Assembly (NCBI RefSeq): GCF_006345805.1
Contig: NC_043000.1
Location: 69,874,001-69,938,000, forward strand
Direction of reading: 5' to 3'
Origin: Octopus sinensis
Lineage: Eukaryota
Length of the DNA stretch: 64,000 nt
Shown in pieces: positions 1-12,520 of the stretch (its first letter is position 1; the number at the start of each line of letters is the position of its first letter). The position numbers and the translations under genes are program-made. The notes beneath the pieces are model-generated. The model was given only the letters and a program-made list of their open reading frames with translations. It did no database searches and was not told where the DNA came from.

Positions 1-760
1 CCCCCCCCCACACACACACGCACGCACATACACAAACACACTCTCACAAGACAATGATAAAAAGGAAATCCAGACAATTTTTTGAAAAGTGACATTTGAC
101 CATAGCTAAAAGCCAAGGACTGATTGTTATTGACAACTTGACCATTCCTCCTTAACACTCCTTTAAGATACAAAAACACAAACACACACACGTACGCACA
201 CACGCGCGCACACATATATAAACACACACTCTCTCACAAGACAATGATAAAAAGGAAGTACAAACAATTTATTGAAAAGTGACATTTTGTTCCCCTTTGA
301 GTAAACACGGGGATTTACAATCACTAAAAGCCAAGAATTATTATTGACAAACCTACCAACTGCAAAGATATCAACGAATTTTCTCTCCTTCTTCCTCCTT
401 TCCTTCTTTCTCTTTAATATCCCTTTCAGATACAAACACACACACACACGCACACACACACACACACACACACGCACACACACACACACATACATACACA
501 TACACTCTCTCATAAGACAATGATAAAAAAGAAATCCAGACAATTTTTTGAAAAGTGACATTTTGCTCCCCTTGAAGTAAACAGTCTATTACTATTGCCA
601 ACCTGACCAGCTAAAAAGAAATCAACAAAACTTTTTTTCTTCTTTCTCCCCTTTTCTTCTTTTTCTTCATTTTTTTTAACATCCCTTTCAGATACAAAAA
701 CACACGCACACATACACACACACACGCACACGCACACACACACACATGCTCTCTCTCACT
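1..760. repeat. Degenerate tandem repeat: three ~190-270 bp units separated by (CA)n tracts
   Basis: Core CTCTCACAAGACAATGATAAAAAGGAAATCCAGACAATTTTTTGAAAAGTGACATTT recurs at 41, 231 and 505. Each unit ends in TT(T/C)AGATACAAA followed by (CA)n. Confidence 0.85.
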
Positions 761-1021
761 TTCTCCCCATTCATGTACTATATCTCTCCCCACCACTACA
801 CACTCAATAACACTATAAAAAGAGTGGAACTTTCTGCAAGAACTTAGTTCAATTTGACAACTCCACTTGAATGGATGAAAGCGCTAATATATGATATATG
901 ATATATGATGTATAAAAACATGTGATATACAAATAAATATCTGTAAATATAAAACCATCCGAATTTCTGAGTACCTCATTTCTTCTAATATAAAATACCT
1001 GTACATCATCTCCAAACCTTC

Positions 1022-1084
<63 letters not shown>

Positions 1085-1096
1085 TATATATATTAT

Positions 1097-1139
<43 letters not shown>

Positions 1140-1251
1140 ATATTTCGGAATGGTCATATTGCCAGTTTAGCCAATAAAAACACACGCACTATATTTGGTG
1201 TTATTTTGCTTCAGTGATATTTATTTTTTACATTAATCTTAATCTTATTTC

Positions 1252-1296
1252 GGCCAGAGTTCTTTCGTCACACTCCTGTGACCGCATCAGTGGTCC
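1252..1296 (-). ncRNA. Minimal type I hammerhead ribozyme motif (inverted pLTR copy)
   Basis: Exact reverse complement of 3170-3214. Confidence 0.65.
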
Positions 1297-1979
1297 TTTG
1301 TTTTCTTCTCACTTATTTGTGTCTCTCCTTACTAACCGTCAGCCATTTTGTATTTCTATTGTATGTCTTCATTTGCGCATGCTTATATCTCTATGTGCGT
1401 CTATGTTTATTTAGTGTGTGTGGGGGAGGGATGCCTGTAATATTTGTATCTTCTGGTTATATACATTCTTGTAATTTGTATTTTGTTTTTGTTGTTGTTG
1501 CTTTTGTTCTAATTTTGTTCATGTGTTTACATCCACCCATTATTATCATTACATATGCTTGTATGTATGTATAACAACAATATTAGTAATAATAATAATA
1601 AATCTAATCGAAAAAAAAAAAATATATATATATATACACACATATATACACATATACACACACATATATATATACACACACACATACATAGATATATATA
1701 CATATACATAGTTATTCATATCTATTTCTTTACTTATCTGTGTATTTATTATGCTTGCAGGATCCACTATCGTCATATGTTGTGGTGTGTGCTATTGCTC
1801 CATTCTAGTTTTCTATTCAGGCTAGGTTTATTTTCTATTATATGTGTAGCTTCTGTAATTTGTCTAATTGTTGCATCTGTTCTATGTGTGGACAATATCT
1901 TAATCTCTATGTTATTGATTGATCCCCCGTGTTCCTGTTCGGCGTGTTGGTACAGAATCGATGAATCTTACCTTACCAT

Positions 1980-2689
1980 AAAGAAAGGATCAGAGTATAC
2001 AAAGGAGCCATGAAGAAATTTGATAATATATTATGTAATGATAGGAATGGGATTTGCCCACTCTATAGGAACAAGTCATGGAACACTATAGAAAGGACAA
2101 AAAAGAAAATAAGGAAGGCCAACTCTTGGTATGATAGCCATAAATACCAGAGTGTCATGTTCGTTGACACCACCCCTGGAGGTGAACTGGCGTACCGCTT
2201 TAGAAGGACCCTAGATAAACTTAAACTAAGAATTAAGGTTGTTGAAAAGCCAGGCAACCCTATCAGATCTATAATTGGTAGAACCTATCCTTTTAGTAGA
2301 ACTCTCTGTACGGATAACTATTGCACTGTATGTAGATTTAGCCCACAAACAAACTGTAAAGCCAGAAATGTGGTCTATAGTATAAGATGTATAGAGGGAC
2401 GATGCAGTAACAAGACAGTAACATTCGTAGGGGAAACAGCAAGAAGCATTGGAGAGCGGGTGAATGAACATTGGAGACAACTCAAGGAAGGTAAGAGCTC
2501 ATCGATTCTGTACCAACACGCCGAACAGGAACACGGGGATCAATCAATAACATAGAGATTAAGATATTGTCCACACATAGAACAGATGCAACAATTAGAC
2601 AAATTACAGAAGCTACACATATAATAGAAAATAAACCTAGCCTGAATAGAAAACTAGAATGGAGCAATAGCACACACCACAACATATGA
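1980..2689 (+). pseudogene. PLE ORF C-terminus: RT thumb/linker, Cys-rich linker and GIY-YIG endonuclease; one frameshift near 2535-2538
   Basis: PLYRNKSW...VMFVDTTPGGEL...KVVEKPG...CTDNYCTVC...NCKARNVVYSIRC...FVGETARSIGERVNEH. After the frameshift it continues INNIEIKILSTHRTDATIRQITEATHIIENKPSLNRKLEW, ending at TGA 2687-2689. Confidence 0.85.
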
Positions 2690-3169
2690 CGATAGTGGAT
2701 CCTGCAAGCATAATAAATACACAGATAAGTAAAGAAATAGATATGAATAACTATGTATATGTATATATATCTATGTATGTGTGTGTGTATATATATATAT
2801 ATATGTGTGTATATGTGTATATATGTGTGTATATATATATATATTTTTTTTTTTTTCGATTAGATTTATTATTATTATTACTAATATTGTTGTTATACAT
2901 ACATACAAGCATATGTAATGATAATAATGGGTGGATGTAAACACATGAACAAAATTAGAACAAAAGCAACAGCAACAAAAACAAAATACAAATTACAAGA
3001 ATGTATATAACCAGAAGATACAAATATTACAGACATCCCCCCACACACACACTAAATAAACATAGACGCACAAAGAGATATAAGCATGCGCAAATGAAGA
3101 CATACAATAGAAATACAAAATGGCTGACGGTTAGTAAGGAGAGACACAAATAAGTGAGAAGAAAACAAA

Positions 3170-3214
3170 GGACCACTGATGCGGTCACAGGAGTGTGACG
3201 AAAGAACTCTGGCC
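3170..3214 (+). ncRNA. Minimal type I hammerhead ribozyme motif with a variant core
   Basis: GGACCA-CTGATGC-G-GTCACA(GGAG)TGTGAC-GAAA-GAAC-TC-TGGCC. Stem I is GGACCA/TGGCC, stem II is 6 bp, stem III is short, and the UC cleavage triplet ends at 3209. The position-9 region is non-canonical. Confidence 0.65.
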
Positions 3215-3406
3215 GAAATAAGATTAAGATTAATGTAAAAAATAAATATCACTGAAGCAAAATAACACCAAATATATAGTGCGTGTGTTTTTATTGGCTA
3301 AACTGGCAATATGACCATTCCGAAATATAACAATATCTGTTTCAACACACGACTTCACATAAAAAATCTTGCACAACAAATATTTAAACGTATATATATA
3401 TATATG

Positions 3407-3634
3407 TTAATTTAGAGATAGTAGACCCCTATATCTCACCAATTAAAAATGATTTTTATATTTATTTTAAATACCTACTGTTTTATTACAAGTAATAAAA
3501 CAGTAGGTATTTAAAATAAATATAAAAATGTTTTTTATTTGGTGAGATGTAGAGGTCTACTATCTCTAAATTAAAATATATTTCTTCATCGAGAATAATT
3601 TGTACCTCTGTTATGCCGGAATTTTTATTCCCTA
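3407..3634 (+). mobile_element. AT-rich PLE-type 3' end with a fold-back (inverted) 5' segment
   Basis: Imperfect palindrome at 3407-3574 (perfect core, 2-nt loop at 3490-3491). It ends ...ATTCCCTA at 3634 next to TA-rich sequence, the same terminal motif as the 3685 and 56743 elements in the opposite orientation. Confidence 0.5.
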
Positions 3635-3684
3635 AAAAATATTTATATATATACATATAGTAATATTATTATTAATAATAGTAG

Positions 3685-4418
3685 TAGGGAATATAATTCT
3701 AAACTTACAGGAAAAAATTCGATTTAGCAATTCTAAATCAGAATTCACAATAGATAATATATGTATATAATTAAGAGAAATAACCTCTATTACGTAATTC
3801 AATAATGAAAGACGTTATCTACACCATATAGAAAAAATTTAAATATAGTATAATATTTAATATTCAATCACTAAATTAAATAAGCATTAAATTGACTACG
3901 CGCGTTTCGTGACTATATTTTTAAATCAATAATAATAAAATAAGATCGAAACTATGAAAATTAATTCGATTTAAATTTAATTCAATTTATAAATATAGCC
4001 ACTCTTCAGGTCTAAAATAATAAAATAAATGTATGTATCTAAACATATAATAAATTAACAAATAAATATAGAAATATACGTGTATTAACACTAAATAAAA
4101 GAATAATGTATGATAATATTAATGAAAAATTAAATCGACGAGGCAAAGCATTCCTAAATGCAAAGTCAGAAATCCGGGATCTGGAATTATCCAGTAACTT
4201 TTTACTAGTTTCATCTTGTCTTTTTGCTTTCTCCCCGTGTTGCTATATGGACAATTAAGGTAGCTTTAGAGTCAGATCATGGCTGCTATTTTCAGCATGG
4301 TGGTATCTCGTAGATACCCCAATTTATAATTTTAATAATTATTATCTTTGAAGGTTATTTTTTCCATGCTGGCCACTTGATAAAATCGTTGTTTAATTTT
4401 AAATTAACGATCTTATCC
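3685..4418 (-). mobile_element. AT-rich PLE-derived 3' fragment: ORF C-terminal remnant, 3'UTR and hammerhead
   Basis: Minus-strand remnant IGVSTRYHH...LKLP*LSI*QHGEK...LLDNSRSRISDFAFRNALP (4140-4418) is followed by a canonical HHR. 3685-3810 is homologous to 56743-56870. Confidence 0.55.
3894..4012 (-). ncRNA. Type I hammerhead ribozyme with a canonical core and a 70-nt stem II loop
   Basis: GAC-CTGAAGA-GTGGCTATATTT-N70-AAATATAGTCAC-GAAA-CGCGCG-TA-GTC. Stem II is 12 bp (one G.U), stem III is the palindrome ACGCGCGT, and stem I is 3 bp. Confidence 0.8.
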
Positions 4419-4489
4419 TTATTTATATATATATATATAGAGAGAGAGAGGGAGGGATGGAGAGAGAGAGGGAGGGAGGGAGAGAGAGT

Positions 4490-4710
4490 GTGGAGGATTG
4501 GCTGTAAAGAAGTTTGCTCGACAAACACGTGGATTTAGTCCGCATGTGCAGAAGCCTGCCATGTGTGCATGTGTATATATATATATTTGATCTATGTGTT
4601 TATGTTTATGCATGTATGCCTGTTCGTATTTGTGTTTGCACAACCGTTGTAATTTTGTTTTCGATCTTTGTAAACTTAGTAATTCGGCAAAGAAGAGCCT
4701 AAACACCAGA
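4490..4710 (+). mobile_element. Degenerate SINE, same family as 45045-45510
   Basis: Head GCTGTAAAGAAGTTTGCTCGACAAACACGTGG, then AGAAGCCTGCC, an internal TG/TA tract, and tail ACAACCG...AACTTAGTAATTCGGCAAAGAAGAG. Confidence 0.4.
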
Positions 4711-5280
4711 TTTAAATTTATTACTGAGGTTTGATTTGATAAACTGAAAATCCTTTCGAAGTGCGCTACAGCATAGCAGCAGTCTAATCACTGGAACATA
4801 TAAAATAATAAAAGAATAACCAGAGAGAAGTGAGAAAGGAAGGAAGAGAGAAAGGAAGGAAGGGAGAGATCAAAATTATAGAAAGCTGAAGGGTCATTCT
4901 TTCTCAACCAAATTGTGCGTTACTGGATTGCTTTGTAAGATGTATAATTTTGTAGAATAAATAAAAATTAAGTGATCTGTGCAAATACTATAGGATGTGT
5001 GCATATGCACACGCATGTCTGCGTTGTTAAGATACTTACTTCGGAAGTATATGGTTTCTGGTTCGGCTCACCACTTAGAAAACGGTACTCTATCTTTATG
5101 TCATGAAATATAGCGTTTCACAAAAGAGATTGGTAAGTACTAAAACTAAAAATAAGTACAGAGGACGATATCATCGCAATTTTGACATATTTACAGATTC
5201 TGAAATTGCATTTACATCTAGATTTTCGTCATGTAATTATAGCTAAGAAAGACATATCCCCTCTCACACACACTTACACA

Positions 5281-5311
<31 letters not shown>

Positions 5312-8300
5312 TCGCACGCGCGTGCGCACAAACACATGCACAGGTTTAAATATATGGAATACAGTAAGATGAGAAAAATCCAAATTGCAACTAGAGGATA
5401 CATTTGTTTATAAATTATATTTATTACTTAAAGTTGCATATTTCAGATCAACCATGTACAGAAAATGTCATTCATCTGTGTTATTAGAAACAGTGACATA
5501 ATTATAATCACAAATAGAAACCGATCCCTAATCGCATTCACGGTCTTTTCGGTACCTTACATTTGACTTTGCGTTATCCACCCTTCATTCTGTATTTGAT
5601 AGGTTTTTATGTCCGTAGGGTTATTCTCTAATGGGCTATCTACATAATGGTCAACGATATGCTTAACATCCGTTATTTAGTTACTGATCTCGCATATGAA
5701 TTATCATGAAAAGTGTTGGGTTAGGAACTATGAAATACATTTGTTCTCTTCACACACTTCACTTTGGATTTGTCTCTGATGTTTTCTCAAAGTAGAACAT
5801 ATCAAAAAAGCTATAAGTTGTAGTGTCACTTCGAAGTAAAATAGTTTGAACAGCAATAATATAATTATTTGTGAGAATTTCTCCAGTTATAGATCAATCA
5901 GAAAATGTTTGCAATGAAAAATTGTTTGCAAATCTCAAGTGCTTTTTTAAGTAAAGAGTATTCATACTGTTTAGATATGAGAATTGAATTGGCTTCCAAC
6001 AGAAGTGAAAAATGAAGTTGATCTACAGAGAATATCTTCGTTTGATCATCAGTCGTATGAAACATCAGAGATAGCTATTTATGCTATAACACTTTCCTAA
6101 CTTTATATAATGATTTAAAAATTTGTTTGCATATTATTTTTAGTGATGTATCAATTATTGTCGTTGTTGTTGACTAAATGAACCTTGCTCTCTATCATTT
6201 AAAAGTAGATCGATCGACTAGGTATGATCGACAAATCGTACCTCAGATTTACTGTGTCATGTATACTTCAATTCCACAATCTTACTTTTAAGGGCTTATT
6301 TATAGAGTACAGTATAGATGTGAGAGAATATTATTTTCTCCAGTATCCTATCAGTTCCTGTATACTTGTATGTTCTGGTGGTTATCACAGCACTTTGTCA
6401 TAATGCAAGTTTTACTGTACGTCTTTACTTAACTCTGATGATATATATTTCAGTACAATCTTTGGTACCAATTGATGTCATTAAAACTACTGACTGTTTT
6501 ATCTGTCAACATTTAAAATTTGTGTTGGTTGAGTAGGAGGGATGTCAGTCTTATATTAGAGTAGTGTGTCTGTATGCTAAAAAGTGACTGAGATGAAAAA
6601 TTAATGGTAGGAACACTAGGAAATGGAGTTTTATGTAATGACAAAGCGTAGCTCTTGCATGCCCACGTTGATTTTCGTTTCAAGTAATTTGTTTTAATTG
6701 CATCAGTGGTTTCTGATGATGCTCAGAATACTATGTTCTATTTTTTGAAATTTGTTTTTATTTGCTATGGAGAATCCGAGGAATTAATGTGAATAGTAGA
6801 AATTACTTACGATAGAAATATTGTTGGCTATTCCTGATATTTTTTATACCGTATAACTGATATATTGATGGTTACGAAAGCTGATTGCTTTTAATATTCG
6901 CTACTTACTTCTAACGTGAATATTGGGCGGTTGGGTCTCAGTTAAGTAATGTAGCTAACTGGTATTTTATCTGTGAGTAATCTTTCTGGTGTGTAAGACT
7001 TTAAGAATTCTGATGCTTTGGATCATTGCTGTAGTCTGTTCAGAAAATTATAGTTTCTAGATGAGCAATTATTTTAATCTAAGTGTTCCGAACTCAGATG
7101 TAATTAACACATCAGTGTTTAGTATTGTCCTCTATATTTTGATCATAAATTAACGGTGAGAATTGGGAGTCAATATTTTTGTTAATGTTGGTGATAGTTA
7201 GAAGAGTACATGAATGTTTTTGCTGTTGTTGTTGTTGTTGAGCCATCATGTATTCAGTAAAATAGCCATAAGTAATGTTGTATCTGAGTACAGGATTAAA
7301 ATTGAGGTTAAAATGAGGTACATGTCACTTGATAGTATCAAAGAATGAGTTTTTCAAGGATAATTTTGAAGTTTGCATAGTTTAGACGTATTAGAAATGT
7401 TATTGTCCTGACTAGATTCTCAATTTTGAAAATTTAGCTGTATTGCTAAGAATATTTGAATATGTTGATAAATATAACTTGTCTTACGTCAATGTTTGGG
7501 TTTGGGGATTAACGTACTGACTTTTAGATAGTCGGGGTGAAAGGTGTGTGTCTGTGTTTCTATGTGTATTTTTTCTTTCTAATTTAGGAAAAATGCTTAA
7601 TAATGGGGTGCTGCTTACTGCTGTAGTTGGGATATATTATTGAAGTTGTTGACAGAGAATAGTGTGCACATTCTGAGATCATTAGATACCTCTAATTACA
7701 TTGCGTAGTGCTTCACTACTTAATGTAGTAAAACGCGTGAGTTGATCAGAGGAAGAAAAACACATGGATTTTTTCCATGGTCTTTGATACTGTTGGAGGG
7801 AAACAGTGAAAGTTGACCTCAGACCGAAATACCTGTGACAAAGTGAAACCGATTGATGAATGCTTGTTGTATAGTCTAATATTAATTACTTTGATGCATT
7901 GATTTCTTCTTTGTTTAATTAATTGATACTTGTTTTATTATATCTGCTATTTGTTTTATTATTTTTGTTGAATGACGTCGATGTGTTGCGTTTCAGGTTG
8001 ATTGTTTCAATGTTTAGTTGGGCTCCCGTTATTTTATTTTACATTGCAGGTCGTATTTTAAAACCTTCTACAATTATGTGTTGCATTTACGCATTTTACT
8101 TGATTATTTGGATCGTGAAGAATCCAACGAACTGTAATTTCTTTTGTTGATAGCATTTCAACAAGTGTTTTTAATATTTGTTTATGTAGTTTCAGTATCG
8201 ATAAAATTAGCAACTAAATCTGCCTTAAACTACTCCTTATTGTTACAAAAAAGACATTTATTGGAAATTTGAATTCTAAAATCTACTTGCTAAAACATAA

Positions 8301-9142
8301 TATTAGATCACAGTTGTAACTTGTCAAGCGATTACAAGTTGAGAGAAAAACAAACAGCAAGAAGGCATTAAATATGAAGTTAACAGCAACGATTAAGTAC
8401 AGATCAGGCCCGATCACCTCAGACGTGTAGAATTACCTGAAAAGGAAGTTCACTCACAGTCATGCAGAGCATAAAGCATCATAAGCTCACGTAAACATGT
8501 CCTGAATTATACAAAACTAACACAGAAACCAAATTTCTTCCTATCGAATTTCTCAGAATCAACAACGATATATCAATTAGTAATCTTTACTGACAAATGT
8601 TTTTTACTATTTGGCAATAGTCAAAGGAAAATTGGTAGTGCCTCATGATCAGTGAGATCGATATGAGCGATGTCCAGTTTGAACATCTGTAGATCAACAT
8701 TCACAGCAAGTTGTGATTGGAGATTTCAAAAACCGTAGTTCTTGTTAAGAATGATTAAGAGGAGAGTATATTGTAGAATAATATTGGAGGTGATACATAA
8801 TCAGGATGTCAATGTTCAACCGATTTTAGCAAACCAAACTAATATCTCAAATGTACACAACAATATTAGTCACCGAATTCAAAACAAAAGGAAAAATGAA
8901 AAGAAAATTTCGAACGTAGTCACTTTCAACTGAAATTTAATCTTCCCAAATTAGTTGGTTTTAATCTATATTGATTATTGAGATTAATTTGTCAGTCAGT
9001 GAAAATATCTCTAAATCAATAACTACCGACGTTGTCCACAAGAACTTTGTTATGGTTACCATGTTTTTAATTAAGTAAAAGTCGATTAACTCGCGTCGCA
9101 CGGTGTTGCAACTTAGTGTTGCAAATATTTTATGACGAAAAT

Positions 9143-9184
<42 letters not shown>

Positions 9185-10387
9185 TGTGTGTGTGTGTGTG
9201 TGCGTGCGTGCGCGCATTATGAATTCAAGTGAAAGAAGAGATTATGCTTATGAATTTCGCAGATCTTCAGAAGCAATGAGGTTGATATGTTTGATATCCG
9301 TCTTGATCAACACAAGAATAAAAATAGTGGACAGAACAAGGATATTTAGTAAGATGTTGTGAAAAGAAACGTTTGAGAAAAATGGATGGTGCGATACATG
9401 GAAGGTGACGTGAAATTGGTCACGGGACTTGTTTTGTGCCTCTTCTGCACGAGGCAAACCTCGGAGTTGGTTTCCTTTTCACAAAATCGGCATGGGATAA
9501 ATCAGCTGTGACGAAATGACTTCCTCGAAGTGGCAGTAGGAAGGACACAGTGCGTAGCTGGGCTAGAGATTGAAGTGTGTTGCTGAATAACTTCAAGGCA
9601 AATAGTTGAGAAGCCTTTTCTATATGTCCCTGCGTGATACAGCACCATTGTCCTATTACTTTGTGGAAAATTTTCCATCGCGATTCTCATAAATGCTTCA
9701 TAGAGAACTGCTAGCTATTGCGAGTTGAAGCAATGTCTGCATCCAGAAAGACAACTCAGTTTTTCAAATTTTTTTATGCAATGCATTTAATGTGGGATCG
9801 TTAGGAGAAACAGTTATTGATGCTGAGGTTAGGTTTAGCATACGTAGTAATTTTGAAGATTTGGTTCGTATGGACCAATGTTTGGAGTGGCATGGTACAA
9901 GTGTAGTGCTTTGATATATAAAGTTTTTGTGAATTTGTGCCGGTAAATGAGACAGAATTCCTATGACTGCTCATTTTATGGAAAAAGTTATACATTTAGA
10001 GCAAGGTGTCTAGGTTGGAAATGACTGGCACTTGAATAAAGAAAGTTGGAGAAGAGTGAAAGATGGTATCAACAATATATAGCACTAGACATTGTTGGAG
10101 GTGACGGAAAGTAATCTTTATTATACAGAAATAAAAGTGTGGAGGATGTAACCAAATCTTGAGCCACTTTAAGGTTGACAGCGTAGCTCAGAAAGAGTCT
10201 CCATAATTTTTATTGCTAGATTTTATTTGGTAACGAAGAGTAGCGTGTATGAATATGAATAGCAGAGCCACACTATACGTACAAACATGCGAAATATTAT
10301 TACGATAAGATGATCAGTAACTGCTTTAACATATACTTTCATAAAGTTATTTTTATTAAGCTTAATATATCTGCTTTTTCGTTTATA

Positions 10388-10448
<61 letters not shown>

Positions 10449-11409
10449 CGCGCGCACTTTAAAAAGTCCGCTGAAAGGCACAACACGCTACCGAAAGATT
10501 TGGGCCCGATAAATAATTATACATTCCACTTATTGTATATTCAGATTGACAAAGATGCAAAATCCGAACCACATTATAGTAATAATAAACACAGAAAACG
10601 TAACTGGCATTTTAAAACTATATATAACATACACATGTTCCAGGAAGCCGATTGTCAGTATTACATATGCTAAATGCTCTATTACGTAATAGAATATATT
10701 GTTAAGATATATGCATGCCACTATGCAAGTTACAAGCAATTTACTAGATAGCACAAAAGAAGGTGATAGATTCACACGCATTTACACACTCCTACACATA
10801 CATACTCAATAAAGAATATTAAGACTAAATGATCCGAAGACAATGTAGCATCAGTGACAAGAACAACAGCAACAACAAAATAACAATGACAAGAACCATC
10901 AGTGGAATACATCAAAATGCGAAACCGAGATAATAGATCAGTCACCGTTAACCTTTATATGCTATCAGTGTCAAGTTATATCCGTTTTGGCAAACATTGA
11001 ACTTGGTTGGTGTGTACGTAAAGAGTCTTAAAACTAAGGCAATGGCAGGTCGTCCATTACGTGCCGCTAGCGCGCACACATTCGTATACAACTTCATTTA
11101 CACGCACACACAAACAGGCTTATATGCATGGAGGGTCACACGCATAGTCGCACATATACGTGTAGATGTACACACACATATGCGTAAATACGCACTGGCC
11201 ACACTGTCATGTAGCGACCAACCGCCCCCTGATGCCAGCAAACACACATACACAACTCTATCCCTGTAAGACTACAATGTGCACGCGTATGTTTGTAAGT
11301 TTCCAAATACATTACTTGAGTCAATAAAACACTGCATGTTTTCAGACAAGAGGACCATGAAGTCAAATAAATATTTAAAATAGATATAAATTCTATATAT
11401 AAACTGTGT

Positions 11410-12520
11410 AAAGGTTCCATCTGATCTTACAGCTTTCCAACTCTGTGGTATCTTTACCTGCTGCAGAATATCGCCCCAAGTTATAGTGTTTTGATCTTTT
11501 TCTGAGCTGATAAATTCCGTTTTTAACAATTTTGATCCTATTTGCATTTTCATTATATTCATACAATATTAAATATCTGATTATAACTAAACTACCAAAT
11601 TCATGTCCAAAATTCTATTACTTTCACCACATTTGATGCCAGTGTTTCCATTTTATCGAATGTTAGGGAAAAACTGCGTCTAGTTTGATCCAAAATGTCA
11701 GTTTTACTCAAGTTCCTGTCTTTGTCGATTACTTATTATTTTGGTTCAGTTTGCACATACCCTTTACTAGATCAGTTATATCACTGAAATATACCCTTTC
11801 TCGTATATGTTGTACTACCTTTCAAAGTAAAACTTGCTTTTCTTACGCAAATTGTCTTTGTTCCAACTTCCAGGCTCACTGAGCTCTCTTCTAAGTATCC
11901 TAATGTGACTTTTAATCCATCTTTTCCACCTTATCTCTTTCTTCTCTGCATGTTTTTCACTCAGCCTTTCAACAACAGCTATCGCAGCAGCACAAATTAA
12001 ATCAAATTAAATGTTTGTGGTTATAGCATGTTCTCATATCCCATCAATATTTTTCTTTCGACTAGGAGCTTTCTTTGTTAATTTATCTCAAATTTAATAG
12101 CATTTGTTTCGTTTTTTTAATTATTTAGAGCCTCATTTAATCGTATCAAAACATTTCGCTTCTCATTTTCTCAGTCATCAGGTATTACTAATTTTTCCAG
12201 CTGAAATTGTTTTCATTTAACTTTTCTTGTTAGTAATTATTTATTGTATAATCCCTGTTTCAACTGGTAATATCTAACGTCTTCTTTGGACTATGTTTGC
12301 TTGGTTCATTCACTAATTTTCTATCAACTGAAATATGTATCTTCGTTTTTCCTATCTGAGAGCATACTTCCACCAACACCTACTTTACTCCTAAGTCTTG
12401 AAAGACATTCCATCAAAACTATATAGTTCTCCTTACCCCTGCTGTGCTTATCATAAGTGCTGCTAGGCATTGATAAAAGACGATCGAGTACTGATTCCTC
12501 TAGCACAACACACCTGTAAA
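11410..12520 (-). pseudogene. Old, highly degraded Dong/R4-like LINE fragment (region N-terminal to the RT)
   Basis: Interrupted minus-strand frames give LICAAAIAVVERLSEKHAEKKEIRWKRWIKSHIRILRRELS...YNIYEKG...ILQQVKIPQSWKAVRSDG. The last part resembles the WKAPGPDG motif that precedes the RT in R4/Dong elements. Confidence 0.5.

Larger units (their letters stand above)
1133..3335 (+). mobile_element. 5'-truncated Penelope-like element with an inverted pLTR copy (arms ~1133-1975 and ~2487-3335)
   Basis: About 840 bp of near-identical inverted arms surround a ~510 bp spacer. The spacer plus right arm encode a GIY-YIG endonuclease C-terminus, and both arms carry a hammerhead motif. The left end abuts (TA)n. 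Confidence 0.88.

Noticed and set aside
6160-8900. Possible ancient LINE: A-rich minus strand, RLWN-like and TDH-like words, and a plus-strand FSMVFDTV resembling DFSKAFDTV
   Set aside because: The motifs are short, lie on conflicting strands and are not collinear. An HMM search is needed.
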